Shown: piece by piece, positions 38,801-53,399 of the stretch | How the letters are laid out: every line of letters starts with the position of its first letter | How positions within the stretch are numbered: position 1 is the first letter of the stretch | Assembly (NCBI GenBank): GCA_964057225.1 | Contig: OZ059894.1 | Location: 21,204,001 to 21,268,000 of the forward strand | DNA: 64,000 nucleotides | DNA from: Auanema rhodensis | Taxonomy: Eukaryota > Animalia > Nematoda | Reading direction: 5' to 3' | Notes under the pieces: generated by a model | Databases searched by the model: none | What the model was told of the DNA's origin: nothing | Seen by the model: the letters and a program-made list of their open reading frames with translations, nothing else | Translations under genes and position numbers: made by a program

Positions 38801-41097
38801 AAAAATCCGCATCGAATGCACTATACTACATTGAGAAACGCTTAATACACAAATTAGTTATGATCGTTTGAAAAATGATGCATTAGTGTATGTTGAGTTT
38901 CCATGTACACTCAACATTGCTTCCAAAAACATTTTGACAAAAATTTTTTCGAAAAATTTCAAAATAATTTAGCAAAAAGTAGATGTTTTTAGATTTTTTT
39001 TTTCAAGGCAAAGACGATGGACAATGTTATTCAACGAAAAAATTAATTCTTCAGGGTGAAAATCGAGGATATAAGTGTGAACTTATATCAGTTGATATCT
39101 CGGTGCATTTTTAAGCTAGCGCAAATCTGATAACACAGATCGACGCAGCTTAAAAATCCGCATCGAATGCACTATACTACATCAAGAAACGCTTAATACA
39201 CAAATTAGTTATGATCGTTTGAAAAATGATGCATTAGTGTATGTTGAGTTTCCATGTACACTCAACATTGCTTCCAAAAACATTTTGACAAAAATTTTTT
39301 CGAAAAATTTCAAAATAATTTAGCAAAAAGTAGATGTTTTTAGATTCCTGTTTTTAAGGCAAAGACGATGGACAATGTTATTCAACGAAAAAATTAATTC
39401 TTCAGGGTGAAAATCGAGGATATAAGTGTGAACTTATATCAGTTGATATCTCGGTGCATTTTTAAGCTAGCGCAAATTTGATAACACAGATCGACGCAGC
39501 TTAAAAATCCGCATCGAATGCACTATACTACATTGAGAAACGCTTGATAAAAAAATTAGTTATGTTCGTTTGAAAAATGATGCATTAGTGTATGTTGAGT
39601 TTCCATGTACACTCAACATTGCTTCCAAAAACATTTTGACAAAAATTTTTTCGAAAAATTTCAAAATAATTTAGCAAAAAGTAGATGTTTTTAGATTCCT
39701 TTTTTTAAGGCAAAGACGATGGACAATGTTTTTCAACGAAAAAATTAATTCTTCAGGGTGAAAATCGAGGATATAAGTGTAAACTTATATCAGTTGATAT
39801 CTCGGTGCATTTTTAAGCTAGCGCAAATCTGATAACACAGATCGACGCAGCTTAAAAATCCGCATCGAATGCACTATACTACATTGAGAAACGCTTAATA
39901 CAAAAATTAGTTATGATCGTTTGAAAAATGATGCATTAGTGTATGTTGAGTTTCCATGTACACTCAACATTGCTTCCAAAAACATTTTGACAAAAATTTT
40001 TTCGAAAAATTTCAAAATAATTTAGCAAAAAGTAGATGTTTTTAGATTTCTTTTTTCAAGGCAAAGACGATGGACAATGTTATTCAACGAAAAAATTAAT
40101 TCTTCAGGGTGAAAATCGAGGATATAAGTGTAAACTTATATCAGTTGATATCTCGGTGCATTTTTAAGCTAGCGCACATCTGATAACACAGATCGACGCA
40201 GCTTAAAAATCCGCATCGAATGCACTATACTACATTGAGAAACGTTTGATACAAAAATTAGTTATGATCGTTTGAAAAATGATGCATTAGTGTATGTTGA
40301 GTTTCCATGTACACTCAACATTGCTTCCAAAAACATTTTGACAAAAATTTTTTCGAAAAATTTCAAAATAATTTAGCAAAAAGTAGATGTTTTTAGATTC
40401 CTTTTTTTAAGGCAAAGACGATGGACAATGTTATTCAACGAAAAAATTAATTCTTCAGGGTGAAAATCGAGGATATAAGTGTGAACTTATATCAGTTGAT
40501 ATCTCGGTGCATTTTTAAGCTAGCGCAAATCTGATAACACAGATCGACGCAGCTTAAAAATCCGCATCGAATGCACTATACTACATTGAGAAACGCTTAA
40601 TACACAAATTAGTTATGATCGTTTGAAAAATGATGCATTAGTGTATGTTGAGTTTCCATGTACACTCAACATTGCTTCCAAAAACATTTTGACAAAAATT
40701 TTTTCGAAAAATTTCAAAATAATTTAGCAAAAAGTAGATGTTTTTAGATTTTTTTTTTCAAGGCAAAGACGATGGACAATGTTATTCAACGAAAAAATTA
40801 ATTCTTCAGGGTGAAAATCGAGGATATAAGTGTGAACTTATATCAGTTGATATCTCGGTGCATTTTCAAGCTAGCGCAAATCTGATAACACAGATCGACG
40901 CAGCTTAAAAATCTGCATCGAATGCACTATACTACATCAAGAAACGCTTAATACACAAATTAGTTATGATCGTTTGAAAAATGATGCATTAGTGTATGTT
41001 GAGTTTCCATGTACACTCAACATTGCTTCCAAAAACATTTTGACAAAAATTTTTTCGAAAAATTTCAAAATAATTTAGCAAAAAGTAGATGTTTTTA
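32810..41097. repeat. 12-monomer (4212-bp) duplication containing a nested 5-monomer (1755-bp) HOR
   Basis: GTTTTTCAAC allele at 33764, 35519, 37976 and 39731. CTGCATC allele at 36702/40914. ORF alleles at 32901/37113. Confidence 0.85.
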
Positions 41098-44000
41098 GAT
41101 TCCTGTTTTTAAGGCAAAGACGATGGACAATGTTATTCAACGAAAAAATTAATTCTTCAGGGTGAAAATCGAGGATATAAGTGTGAACTTATATCAGTTG
41201 ATATCTCGGTGCATTTTTAAGCTAGCGCAAATTTGATAACACAGATCGACGCAGCTTAAAAATCCGCATCGAATGCACTATACTACATTGAGAAACGCTT
41301 GATAAAAAAATTAGTTATGTTCGTTTGAAAAATGATGCATTAGTGTATGTTGAGTTTCCATGTACACTCAACATTGCTTCCAAAAACATTTTGACAAAAG
41401 TTTTTTCGAAAAATTTCAAAATAATTTAGCAAAAAGTAGATGTTTTTAGATTCCATTTTTCAAGGCAAAGACGATAGACAATGTTATTCAACGAAAAAAT
41501 TAATTCTTCAGGGTGAAAATCGAGGATATAAGTGTGAACTTATATCAGTTGATATCTCGGTGCATTTTTAAGCTAGCGCAAATCTGATAACACAGATCGA
41601 CGCAGCTTAAAAATCCGCATCGAATGCACTATACTACATCAAGAAACGCTTGATACAAAAATTAGTTATGATCGTTTGAAAAATGATGCATTAGTGTATG
41701 TTGAGTTTCCATGTACACTCAACATTGCTTCCAAAAACATTTTGACAAAAATTTTTTCGAAAAATTTCAAAATAATTTAGCAAAAAGTAAATGTTTTTAG
41801 ATTCCTGTTTTTAAGGCAAAGACGATGGACAATGTTATTCAACGAAAAAATTAATTCTTCAGGGTGAAAATCGAGGATATAAGTGTGAACTTATATCAGT
41901 TGATATCTCGGTGCATTTTTAAGCTAGCGCAAATTTGATAACACAGATCGACGCAGCTTAAAAATCCGCATCGAATGCACTATACTACATTGAGAAACGC
42001 TTTATAAAAAAATTAGTTATGTTTGTTTGAAAAATGATGCATTAGTGTATGTTGAGTTTCCATGTACACTCAACATTGCTTCCAAAAACATTTTGACAAA
42101 AATTTTTTCGAAAAATTTCAAAATAATTTAGCAAAAAGTAGATGTTTTTAGATTCCTTTTTTTAAGGCAAAGACGATGGACAATGTTATTCAACGAAAAA
42201 ATTAATTCTTCAGGGTGAAAATCGAGGATATAAGTGTGAACTTATATCAGTTGATATCTCGGTGCATTTTTAAGCTAGCGCAAATCTGATAACACAGATC
42301 GACGCAGCTTAAAAATCCGCATCGAATGCACTATACTACATCAAGAAACGCTTGATACAAAAATTAGTTATGATCGTTTGAAAAATGATGCATTAGTGTA
42401 TGTTGAGTTTCCATGTACACTCAACATTGCTTCCAAAAACATTTTGACAAAAATTTTTTCGAAAAATTTCAAAATAATTTAGCAAAAAGTAGATGTTTTT
42501 AGATTCCATTTTTCAAGGCAAAGACGATGGACAATGTTATTCAACGAAAAAATTAATTCTTCAGGGTGAAAATCGAGGATATAAGTGTAAACTTATATCA
42601 GTTGATATCTCGGTGCATTTTTAAGCTAGCGCAAATCTGATAACACAGATCGACGCAGCTTAAAAATCCGCATCGAATGCACTATACTACATTGAGAAAC
42701 GCTTAATACAAAAATTAGTTATGATCGTTTGAAAAATGATGCATTAGTGTATGTTGAGTTTCCATGTACACTCAACATTGCTTCCAAAAACATTTTGACA
42801 AAAATTTTTTCGAAAAATTTCAAAATAATTTAGCAAAAAGTAGATGTTTTTAGATTCCATTTTTCAAGGCAAAGACGATAGACAATGTTATTCAACGAAA
42901 AAATTAATTCTTCAGGGTGAAAATCGAGGATATAAGTGTGAACTTATATCAGTTGATATCTCGGTGCATTTTTAAGCTAGCGCAAATCTGATAACACAGA
43001 TCGACGCAGCTTAAAAATCCGCATCGAATGCACTATACTACATCAAGAAACGCTTGATACAAAAATTAGTTATGATCGTTTGAAAAATGATGCATTAGTG
43101 TATGTTGAGTTTCCATGTACACTCAACATTGCTTCCAAAAACATTTTGACAAAAATTTTTTCGAAAAATTTCAAAATAATTTAGCAAAAAGTAGATGTTT
43201 TTAGATTCCTTTTTTTAAGGCAAAGACGATGGACAATGTTATTCAACGAAAAAATTAATTCTTCAGGGTGAAAATCGAGGATATAAGTGTAAACTTATAT
43301 CAGTTGATATCTCGGTGCATTTTTAAGCTAGCGCAAATCTGATAACACAGATCGACGCAGCTTAAAAATCCGCATCGAATGCACTATACTACATCAAGAA
43401 ACGCTTGATACAAAAATTAGTTATGATCGTTTGAAAAATGATGCATTAGTGTATGTTGAGTTTCCATGTACACTCAACATTGCTTCCAAAAACATTTTGA
43501 CAAAAATTTTTTCGAAAAATTTCAAAATAATTTAGCAAAAAGTAAATGTTTTTAGATTCCTGTTTTTAAGGCAAAGACGATGGACAATGTTATTCAACGA
43601 AAAAATTAATTCTTCAGGGTGAAAATCGAGGATATAAGTGTGAACTTATATCAGTTGATATCTCGGTGCATTTTTAAGCTAGCGCAAATTTGATAACACA
43701 GATCGACGCAGCTTAAAAATCCGCATCGAATGCACTATACTACATTGAGAAACGCTTTATAAAAAAATTAGTTATGTTTGTTTGAAAAATGATGCATTAG
43801 TGTATGTTGAGTTTCCATGTACACTCAACATTGCTTCCAAAAACATTTTGACAAAAATTTTTTCGAAAAATTTCAAAATAATTTAGCAAAAAGTAGATGT
43901 TTTTAGATTCCTTTTTTTAAGGCAAAGACGATGGACAATGTTATTCAACGAAAAAATTAATTCTTCAGGGTGAAAATCGAGGATATAAGTGTGAACTTAT

Positions 44001-47000
44001 ATCAGTTGATATCTCGGTGCATTTTTAAGCTAGCGCAAATCTGATAACACAGATCGACGCAGCTTAAAAATCCGCATCGAATGCACTATACTACATCAAG
44101 AAACGCTTAATACACAAATTAGTTATGATCGTTTGAAAAATGATGCATTAGTGTATGTTGAGTTTCCATGTACACTCAACATTGCTTCCAAAAACATTTT
44201 GACAAAAATTTTTTCGAAAAATTTCAAAATAATTTAGCAAAAAGTAGATGTTTTTAGATTCCTGTTTTTAAGGCAAAGACGATGGACAATGTTATTCAAC
44301 GAAAAAATTAATTCTTCAGGGTGAAAATCGAGGATATAAGTGTGAACTTATATCAGTTGATATCTCGGTGCATTTTTAAGCTAGCGCAAATTTGATAACA
44401 CAGATCGACGCAGCTTAAAAATCCGCATCGAATGCACTATACTACATTGAGAAACGCTTGATAAAAAAATTAGTTATGTTCGTTTGAAAAATGATGCATT
44501 AGTGTATGTTGAGTTTCCATGTACACTCAACATTGCTTCCAAAAACATTTTGACAAAAATTTTTTCGAAAAATTTCAAAATAATTTAGCAAAAAGTAGAT
44601 GTTTTTAGATTCCTTTTTTTAAGGCAAAGACGATGGACAATGTTTTTCAACGAAAAAATTAATTCTTCAGGGTGAAAATCGAGGATATAAGTGTAAACTT
44701 ATATCAGTTGATATCTCGGTGCATTTTTAAGCTAGCGCAAATCTGATAACACAGATCGACGCAGCTTAAAAATCCGCATCGAATGCACTATACTACATTG
44801 AGAAACGCTTAATACAAAAATTAGTTATGATCGTTTGAAAAATGATGCATTAGTGTATGTTGAGTTTCCATGTACACTCAACATTGCTTCCAAAAACATT
44901 TTGACAAAAATTTTTTCGAAAAATTTCAAAATAATTTAGCAAAAAGTAGATGTTTTTAGATTTCTTTTTTCAAGGCAAAGACGATGGACAATGTTATTCA
45001 ACGAAAAAATTAATTCTTCAGGGTGAAAATCGAGGATATAAGTGTAAACTTATATCAGTTGATATCTCGGTGCATTTTTAAGCTAGCGCACATCTGATAA
45101 CACAGATCGACGCAGCTTAAAAATCCGCATCGAATGCACTATACTACATTGAGAAACGTTTGATACAAAAATTAGTTATGATCGTTTGAAAAATGATGCA
45201 TTAGTGTATGTTGAGTTTCCATGTACACTCAACATTGCTTCCAAAAACATTTTGACAAAAATTTTTTCGAAAAATTTCAAAATAATTTAGCAAAAAGTAG
45301 ATGTTTTTAGATTCCTTTTTTTAAGGCAAAGACGATGGACAATGTTATTCAACGAAAAAATTAATTCTTCAGGGTGAAAATCGAGGATATAAGTGTGAAC
45401 TTATATCAGTTGATATCTCGGTGCATTTTTAAGCTAGCGCAAATCTGATAACACAGATCGACGCAGCTTAAAAATCCGCATCGAATGCACTATACTACAT
45501 TGAGAAACGCTTAATACACAAATTAGTTATGATCGTTTGAAAAATGATGCATTAGTGTATGTTGAGTTTCCATGTACACTCAACATTGCTTCCAAAAACA
45601 TTTTGACAAAAATTTTTTCGAAAAATTTCAAAATAATTTAGCAAAAAGTAGATGTTTTTAGATTTTTTTTTTCAAGGCAAAGACGATGGACAATGTTATT
45701 CAACGAAAAAATTAATTCTTCAGGGTGAAAATCGAGGATATAAGTGTGAACTTATATCAGTTGATATCTCGGTGCATTTTCAAGCTAGCGCAAATCTGAT
45801 AACACAGATCGACGCAGCTTAAAAATCTGCATCGAATGCACTATACTACATCAAGAAACGCTTAATACACAAATTAGTTATGATCGTTTGAAAAATGATG
45901 CATTAGTGTATGTTGAGTTTCCATGTACACTCAACATTGCTTCCAAAAACATTTTGACAAAAATTTTTTCGAAAAATTTCAAAATAATTTAGCAAAAAGT
46001 AGATGTTTTTAGATTCCTGTTTTTAAGGCAAAGACGATGGACAATGTTATTCAACGAAAAAATTAATTCTTCAGGGTGAAAATCGAGGATATAAGTGTGA
46101 ACTTATATCAGTTGATATCTCGGTGCATTTTTAAGCTAGCGCAAATTTGATAACACAGATCGACGCAGCTTAAAAATCCGCATCGAATGCACTATACTAC
46201 ATTGAGAAACGCTTGATAAAAAAATTAGTTATGTTCGTTTGAAAAATGATGCATTAGTGTATGTTGAGTTTCCATGTACACTCAACATTGCTTCCAAAAA
46301 CATTTTGACAAAAATTTTTTCGAAAAATTTCAAAATAATTTAGCAAAAAGTAAATGTTTTTAGATTCCTGTTTTTAAGGCAAAGACGATGGACAATGTTA
46401 TTCAACGAAAAAATTAATTCTTCAGGGTGAAAATCGAGGATATAAGTGTGAACTTATATCAGTTGATATCTCGGTGCATTTTTAAGCTAGCGCAAATTTG
46501 ATAACACAGATCGACGCAGCTTAAAAATCCGCATCGAATGCACTATACTACATTGAGAAACGCTTTATAAAAAAATTAGTTATGTTTGTTTGAAAAATGA
46601 TGCATTAGTGTATGTTGAGTTTCCATGTACACTCAACATTGCTTCCAAAAACATTTTGACAAAAATTTTTTCGAAAAATTTCAAAATAATTTAGCAAAAA
46701 GTAGATGTTTTTAGATTCCTTTTTTTAAGGCAAAGACGATGGACAATGTTATTCAACGAAAAAATTAATTCTTCAGGGTGAAAATCGAGGATATAAGTGT
46801 GAACTTATATCAGTTGATATCTCGGTGCATTTTTAAGCTAGCGCAAATCTGATAACACAGATCGACGCAGCTTAAAAATCCGCATCGAATGCACTATACT
46901 ACATCAAGAAACGCTTGATACAAAAATTAGTTATGATCGTTTGAAAAATGATGCATTAGTGTATGTTGAGTTTCCATGTACACTCAACATTGCTTCCAAA

Positions 47001-48480
47001 AACATTTTGACAAAAATTTTTTCGAAAAATTTCAAAATAATTTAGCAAAAAGTAGATGTTTTTAGATTCCATTTTTCAAGGCAAAGACGATGGACAATGT
47101 TATTCAACGAAAAAATTAATTCTTCAGGGTGAAAATCGAGGATATAAGTGTAAACTTATATCAGTTGATATCTCGGTGCATTTTTAAGCTAGCGCAAATC
47201 TGATAACACAGATCGACGCAGCTTAAAAATCCGCATCGAATGCACTATACTACATTGAGAAACGCTTAATACAAAAATTAGTTATGATCGTTTGAAAAAT
47301 GATGCATTAGTGTATGTTGAGTTTCCATGTACACTCAACATTGCTTCCAAAAACATTTTGACAAAAATTTTTTCGAAAAATTTCAAAATAATTTAGCAAA
47401 AAGTAGATGTTTTTAGATTCCATTTTTCAAGGCAAAGACGATAGACAATGTTATTCAACGAAAAAATTAATTCTTCAGGGTGAAAATCGAGGATATAAGT
47501 GTGAACTTATATCAGTTGATATCTCGGTGCATTTTTAAGCTAGCGCAAATCTGATAACACAGATCGACGCAGCTTAAAAATCCGCATCGAATGCACTATA
47601 CTACATCAAGAAACGCTTGATACAAAAATTAGTTATGATCGTTTGAAAAATGATGCATTAGTGTATGTTGAGTTTCCATGTACACTCAACATTGCTTCCA
47701 AAAACATTTTGACAAAAATTTTTTCGAAAAATTTCAAAATAATTTAGCAAAAAGTAGATGTTTTTAGATTCCTTTTTTTAAGGCAAAGACGATGGACAAT
47801 GTTATTCAACGAAAAAATTAATTCTTCAGGGTGAAAATCGAGGATATAAGTGTAAACTTATATCAGTTGATATCTCGGTGCATTTTTAAGCTAGCGCAAA
47901 TCTGATAACACAGATCGACGCAGCTTAAAAATCCGCATCGAATGCACTATACTACATCAAGAAACGCTTGATACAAAAATTAGTTATGATCGTTTGAAAA
48001 ATGATGCATTAGTGTATGTTGAGTTTCCATGTACACTCAACATTGCTTCCAAAAACATTTTGACAAAAATTTTTTCGAAAAATTTCAAAATAATTTAGCA
48101 AAAAGTAGATGTTTTTAGATTCCTGTTTTTAAGGCAAAGACGATGGACAATGTTATTCAACGAAAAAATTAATTCTTCAGGGTGAAAATCGAGGATATAA
48201 GTGTGAACTTATATCAGTTGATATCTCGGTGCATTTTTAAGCTAGCGCAAATTTGATAACACAGATCGACGCAGCTTAAAAATCCGCATCGAATGCACTA
48301 TACTACATTGAGAAACGCTTTATAAAAAAATTAGTTATGTTCGTTTGAAAAATGATGCATTAGTGTATGTTGAGTTTCCATGTACACTCAACATTGCTTC
48401 CAAAAACATTTTGACAAAAATTTTTTCGAAAAATTTCAAAATAATTTAGCAAAAAGTAGATGTTTTTAGATTCCTTTTTT
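39010..48480. repeat. Roughly 14-monomer duplication with loss of one monomer (offset changes from 4914 to 4563)
   Basis: Pairs 39731/44645, 40867/45781 and 40914/45828 are offset by 14x351. GTAAATG at 41790/46353 is offset by 13x351. Confidence 0.78.
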
Positions 48481-51400
48481 TAAGGCAAAGACGATGGACA
48501 ATGTTATTCAACGAAAAAATTAATTCTTCAGGGTGAAAATCGAGGATATAAGTGTGAACTTATATCAGTTGATATCTCGGTGCATTTTTAAGCTAGCGCA
48601 AATCTGATAACACAGATCGACGCAGCTTAAAAATCCGCATCGAATGCACTATACTACATCAAGAAACGCTTGATACAAAAATTAGTTATGATCGTTTGAA
48701 AAATGATGCATTAGTGTATGTTGAGTTTCCATGTACACTCAACATTGCTTCCAAAAACATTTTGACAAAAATTTTTTCGAAAAATTTCAAAATAATTTAG
48801 CAAAAAGTAGATGTTTTTAGATTCCATTTTTCAAGGCAAAGACGATGGACAATGTTATTCAACGAAAAAATTAATTCTTCAGGGTGAAAATCGAGGATAT
48901 AAGTGTAAACTTATATCAGTTGATATCTCGGTGCATTTTTAAGCTAGCGCAAATCTGATAACACAGATCGACGCAGCTTAAAAATCCGCATCGAATGCAC
49001 TATACTACATTGAGAAACGCTTAATACAAAAATTAGTTATGATCGTTTGAAAAATGATGCATTAGTGTATGTTGAGTTTCCATGTACACTCAACATTGCT
49101 TCCAAAAACATTTTGACAAAAATTTTTTCGAAAAATTTCAAAATAATTTAGCAAAAAGTAGATGTTTTTAGATTCCATTTTGCAAGGCAAAGACGATAGA
49201 CAATGTTATTCAACGAAAAAATTAATTCTTCAGGGTGAAAATCGAGGATATAAGTGTGAACTTATATCAGTTGATATCTCGGTGCATTTTTAAGCTAGCG
49301 CAAATCTGATAACACAGATCGACGCAGCTTAAAAATCCGCATCGAATGCACTATACTACATCAAGAAACGCTTGATACAAAAATTAGTTATGATCGTTTG
49401 AAAAATGATGCATTAGTGTATGTTGAGTTTCCATGTACACTCAACATTGCTTCCAAAAACATTTTGACAAAAATTTTTTCGAAAAATTTCAAAATAATTT
49501 AGCAAAAAGTAGATGTTTTTAGATTCCTTTTTTTAAGGCAAAGACGATGGACAATGTTATTCAACGAAAAAATTAATTCTTCAGGGTGAAAATCGAGGAT
49601 ATAAGTGTGAACTTATATCAGTTGATATCTCGGTGCATTTTTAAGCTAGCGCAAATTTGATAACACAGATCGACGCAGCTTAAAAATCCGCATCGAATGC
49701 ACTATACTACATTGAGAAACGCTTTATAAAAAAATTAGTTATGATCGTTTGAAAAATGATGCATTAGTGTATGTTGAGTTTCCATGTACACTCAACATTG
49801 CTTCCAAAAACATTTTGACAAAAATTTTTTCGAAAAATTTCAAAATAATTTAGCAAAAAGTAGATGTTTTTAGATTCCATTTTTCAAGGCAAAGACGATG
49901 GACAATGTTATTCAACGAAAAAATTAATTCTTCAGGGTGAAAATCGAGGATATAAGTGTAAACTTATATCAGTTGATATCTCGGTGCATTTTTAAGCTAG
50001 CGCAAATCTGATAACACAGATCGACGCAGCTTAAAAATCCGCATCGAATGCACTATACTACATTGAGAAACGCTTAATACAAAAATTAGTTATGATCGTT
50101 TGAAAAATGATGCATTAGTGTATGTTGAGTTTCCATGTACACTCAACATTGCTTCCAAAAACATTTTGACAAAAATTTTTTCGAAAAATTTCAAAATAAT
50201 TTAGCAAAAAGTAGATGTTTTTAGATTCCATTTTGCAAGGCAAAGACGATAGACAATGTTATTCAACGAAAAAATTAATTCTTCAGGGTGAAAATCGAGG
50301 ATATAAGTGTGAACTTATATCAGTTGATATCTCGGTGCATTTTTAAGCTAGCGCAAATCTGATAACACAGATCGACGCAGCTTAAAAATCCGCATCGAAT
50401 GCACTATACTACATCAAGAAACGCTTGATACAAAAATTAGTTATGATCGTTTGAAAAATGATGCATTAGTGTATGTTGAGTTTCCATGTACACTCAACAT
50501 TGCTTCCAAAAACATTTTGACAAAAATTTTTTCGAAAAATTTCAAAATAATTTAGCAAAAAGTAGATGTTTTTAGATTCCTTTTTTTAAGGCAAAGACGA
50601 TGGACAATGTTATTCAACGAAAAAATTAATTCTTCAGGGTGAAAATCGAGGATATAAGTGTGAACTTATATCAGTTGATATCTCGGTGCATTTTTAAGCT
50701 AGCGCAAATCTGATAACACAGATCGACGCAGCTTAAAAATCCGCATCGAATGCACTATACTACATCAAGAAACGCTTGATACAAAAATTAGTTATGATCG
50801 TTTGAAAAATGATGCATTAGTGTATGTTGAGTTTCCATGTACACTCAACATTGCTTCCAAAAACATTTTGACAAAAATTTTTTCGAAAAATTTCAAAATA
50901 ATTTAGCAAAAAGTAGATGTTTTTAGATTCCATTTTTCAAGGCAAAGACGATAGACAATGTTATTCAACGAAAAAATTAATTCTTCAGGGTGAAAATCGA
51001 GGATATAAGTGCGAACTTATATCAGTTGATATCTCGGTGCATTTTTAAGCTAGCGCAAATCTGATAACACAGATCGACGCAGCTTAAAAATCCGCATCGA
51101 ATGCACTATACTACATTGAGAAACGCTTAATACAAAAATTAGTTATGATCGTTTGAAAAATGATGCATTAGTGTATGTTGAGTTTCCATGTACACTCAAC
51201 ATTGCTTCCAAAAACATTTTGACAAAAATTTTTTCGAAAAATTTCAAAATAATTTAGCAAAAAGTAGATGTTTTTAGATTTCTTTTTTCAAGGCAAAGAC
51301 GATGGACAATGTTATTCAACGAAAAAATTAATTCTTCAGGGTGAAAATCGAGGATATAAGTGTAAACTTATATCAGTTGATATCTCGGTGCATTTTTAAG

Positions 51401-53399
51401 CTAGCGCAAATCTGATAACACAGATCGACGCAGCTTAAAAATCCGCATCGAATGCACTATACTACATTGAGAAACGCTTAATACAAAAATTAGTTATGAT
51501 CGTTTGAAAAATGATGCATTAGTGTATGTTGAGTTTCCATGTACACTCAACATTGCTTCCAAAAACATTTTGACAAAAATTTTTTCGAAAAATTTCAGAA
51601 TAATTCAGCAAAAAGTAGATGTTTTTAGATTCCTTTTTCCAAGGCAAAGACGATGGACAATGTTATTCAACGAAAAAATTAATTCTTCAGGGTGAAAATC
51701 GAGGATATAAGTGTGAACTTATATCAGTTGATATCTCGGTGCATTTTTAAGCTAGCGCAAATCTGATAACACAGATCGACGCAGCTTAAAAATCCGCATC
51801 GAATGCACTATACTACATTGAGAAACGTTTGATACAAAAATTAGTTATGATCGTTTGAAAAATGATGCATTAGTGTATGTTGAGTTTCCATGTACACTCA
51901 ACATTGCTTCCAAAAACATTTTGACAAAAATTTTTTCGAAAAATTTCAAAATAATTTAGCAAAAAGTAGATGTTTTTAGATTCCTTTTTTTAAGGCAAAG
52001 ACGATGGACAATGTTATTCAACGAAAAAATTAATTCTTCAGGGTGAAAATCGAGGATATAAGTGTGAACTTATATCAGTTGATATCTCGGTGCATTTTTA
52101 AGCTAGCGCAAATCTGATAACACAGATCGACGCAGCTTAAAAATCCGCATCGAATGCACTATACTACATTGAGAAACGCTTAATACACAAATTAGTTATG
52201 ATCGTTTGAAAAATGATGCATTAGTGTATGTTGAGTTTCCATGTACACTCAACATTGCTTCCAAAAACATTTTGACAAAAATTTTTTCGAAAAATTTCAA
52301 AATAATTTAGCAAAAAGTAGATGTTTTTAGATTTCTTTTTTCAAGGCAAAGACGATGGACAATGTTATTCAACGAAAAAATTAATTCTTCAGGGTGAAAA
52401 TCGAGGATATAAGTGTGAACTTATATCAGTTGATATCTCGGTGCATTTTTAAGCTAGCGCAAATCTGATAACACAGATCGACGCAGCTTAAAAATCCGCA
52501 TCGAATGCACTATACTACATCAAGAAACGCTTAATACACAAATTAGTTATGATCGTTTGAAAAATGATGCATTAGTGTATGTTGAGTTTCCATGTACACT
52601 CAACATTGCTTCCAAAAACATTTTGACAAAAATTTTTTCGAAAAATTTCAAAATAATTTAGCAAAAAGTAGATGTTTTTAGATTCCTTTTTTTAAGGCAA
52701 AGACGATGGACAATGTTATTCAACGAAAAAATTAATTCTTCAGGGTGAAAATCGAGGATATAAGTGTGAACTTATATCAGTTGATATCTCGGTGCATTTT
52801 TAAGCTAGCGCAAATCTGATAACACAGATCGACGCAGCTTAAAAATCCGCATCGAATGCACTATACTACATTGAGAAACGCTTAATACACAAATTAGTTA
52901 TGATCGTTTGAAAAATGATGCATTAGTGTATGTTGAGTTTCCATGTACACTCAACATTGCTTCCAAAAACATTTTGACAAAAATTTTTTCGAAAAATTTC
53001 AAAATAATTTAGCAAAAAGTAGATGTTTTTAGATTTCTTTTTTTAAGGCAAAGACGATGGACAATGTTATTCAACGAAAAAATTAATTCTTCAGGGTGAA
53101 AATCGAGGATATAAGTGTGAACTTATATCAGTTGATATCTCGGTGCATTTTTAAGCTAGCGCAAATCTGATAACACAGATCGACGCAGCTTAAAAATCCG
53201 CATCGAATGCACTATACTACATCAAGAAACGCTTAATACACAAATTAGTTATGATCGTTTGAAAAATGATGCATTAGTGTATGTTGAGTTTCCATGTACA
53301 CTCAACATTGCTTCCAAAAACATTTTGACAAAAATTTTTTCGAAAAATTTCAAAATAATTTAGCAAAAAGTAGATGTTTTTAGATTCCTTTTTTTAAGG

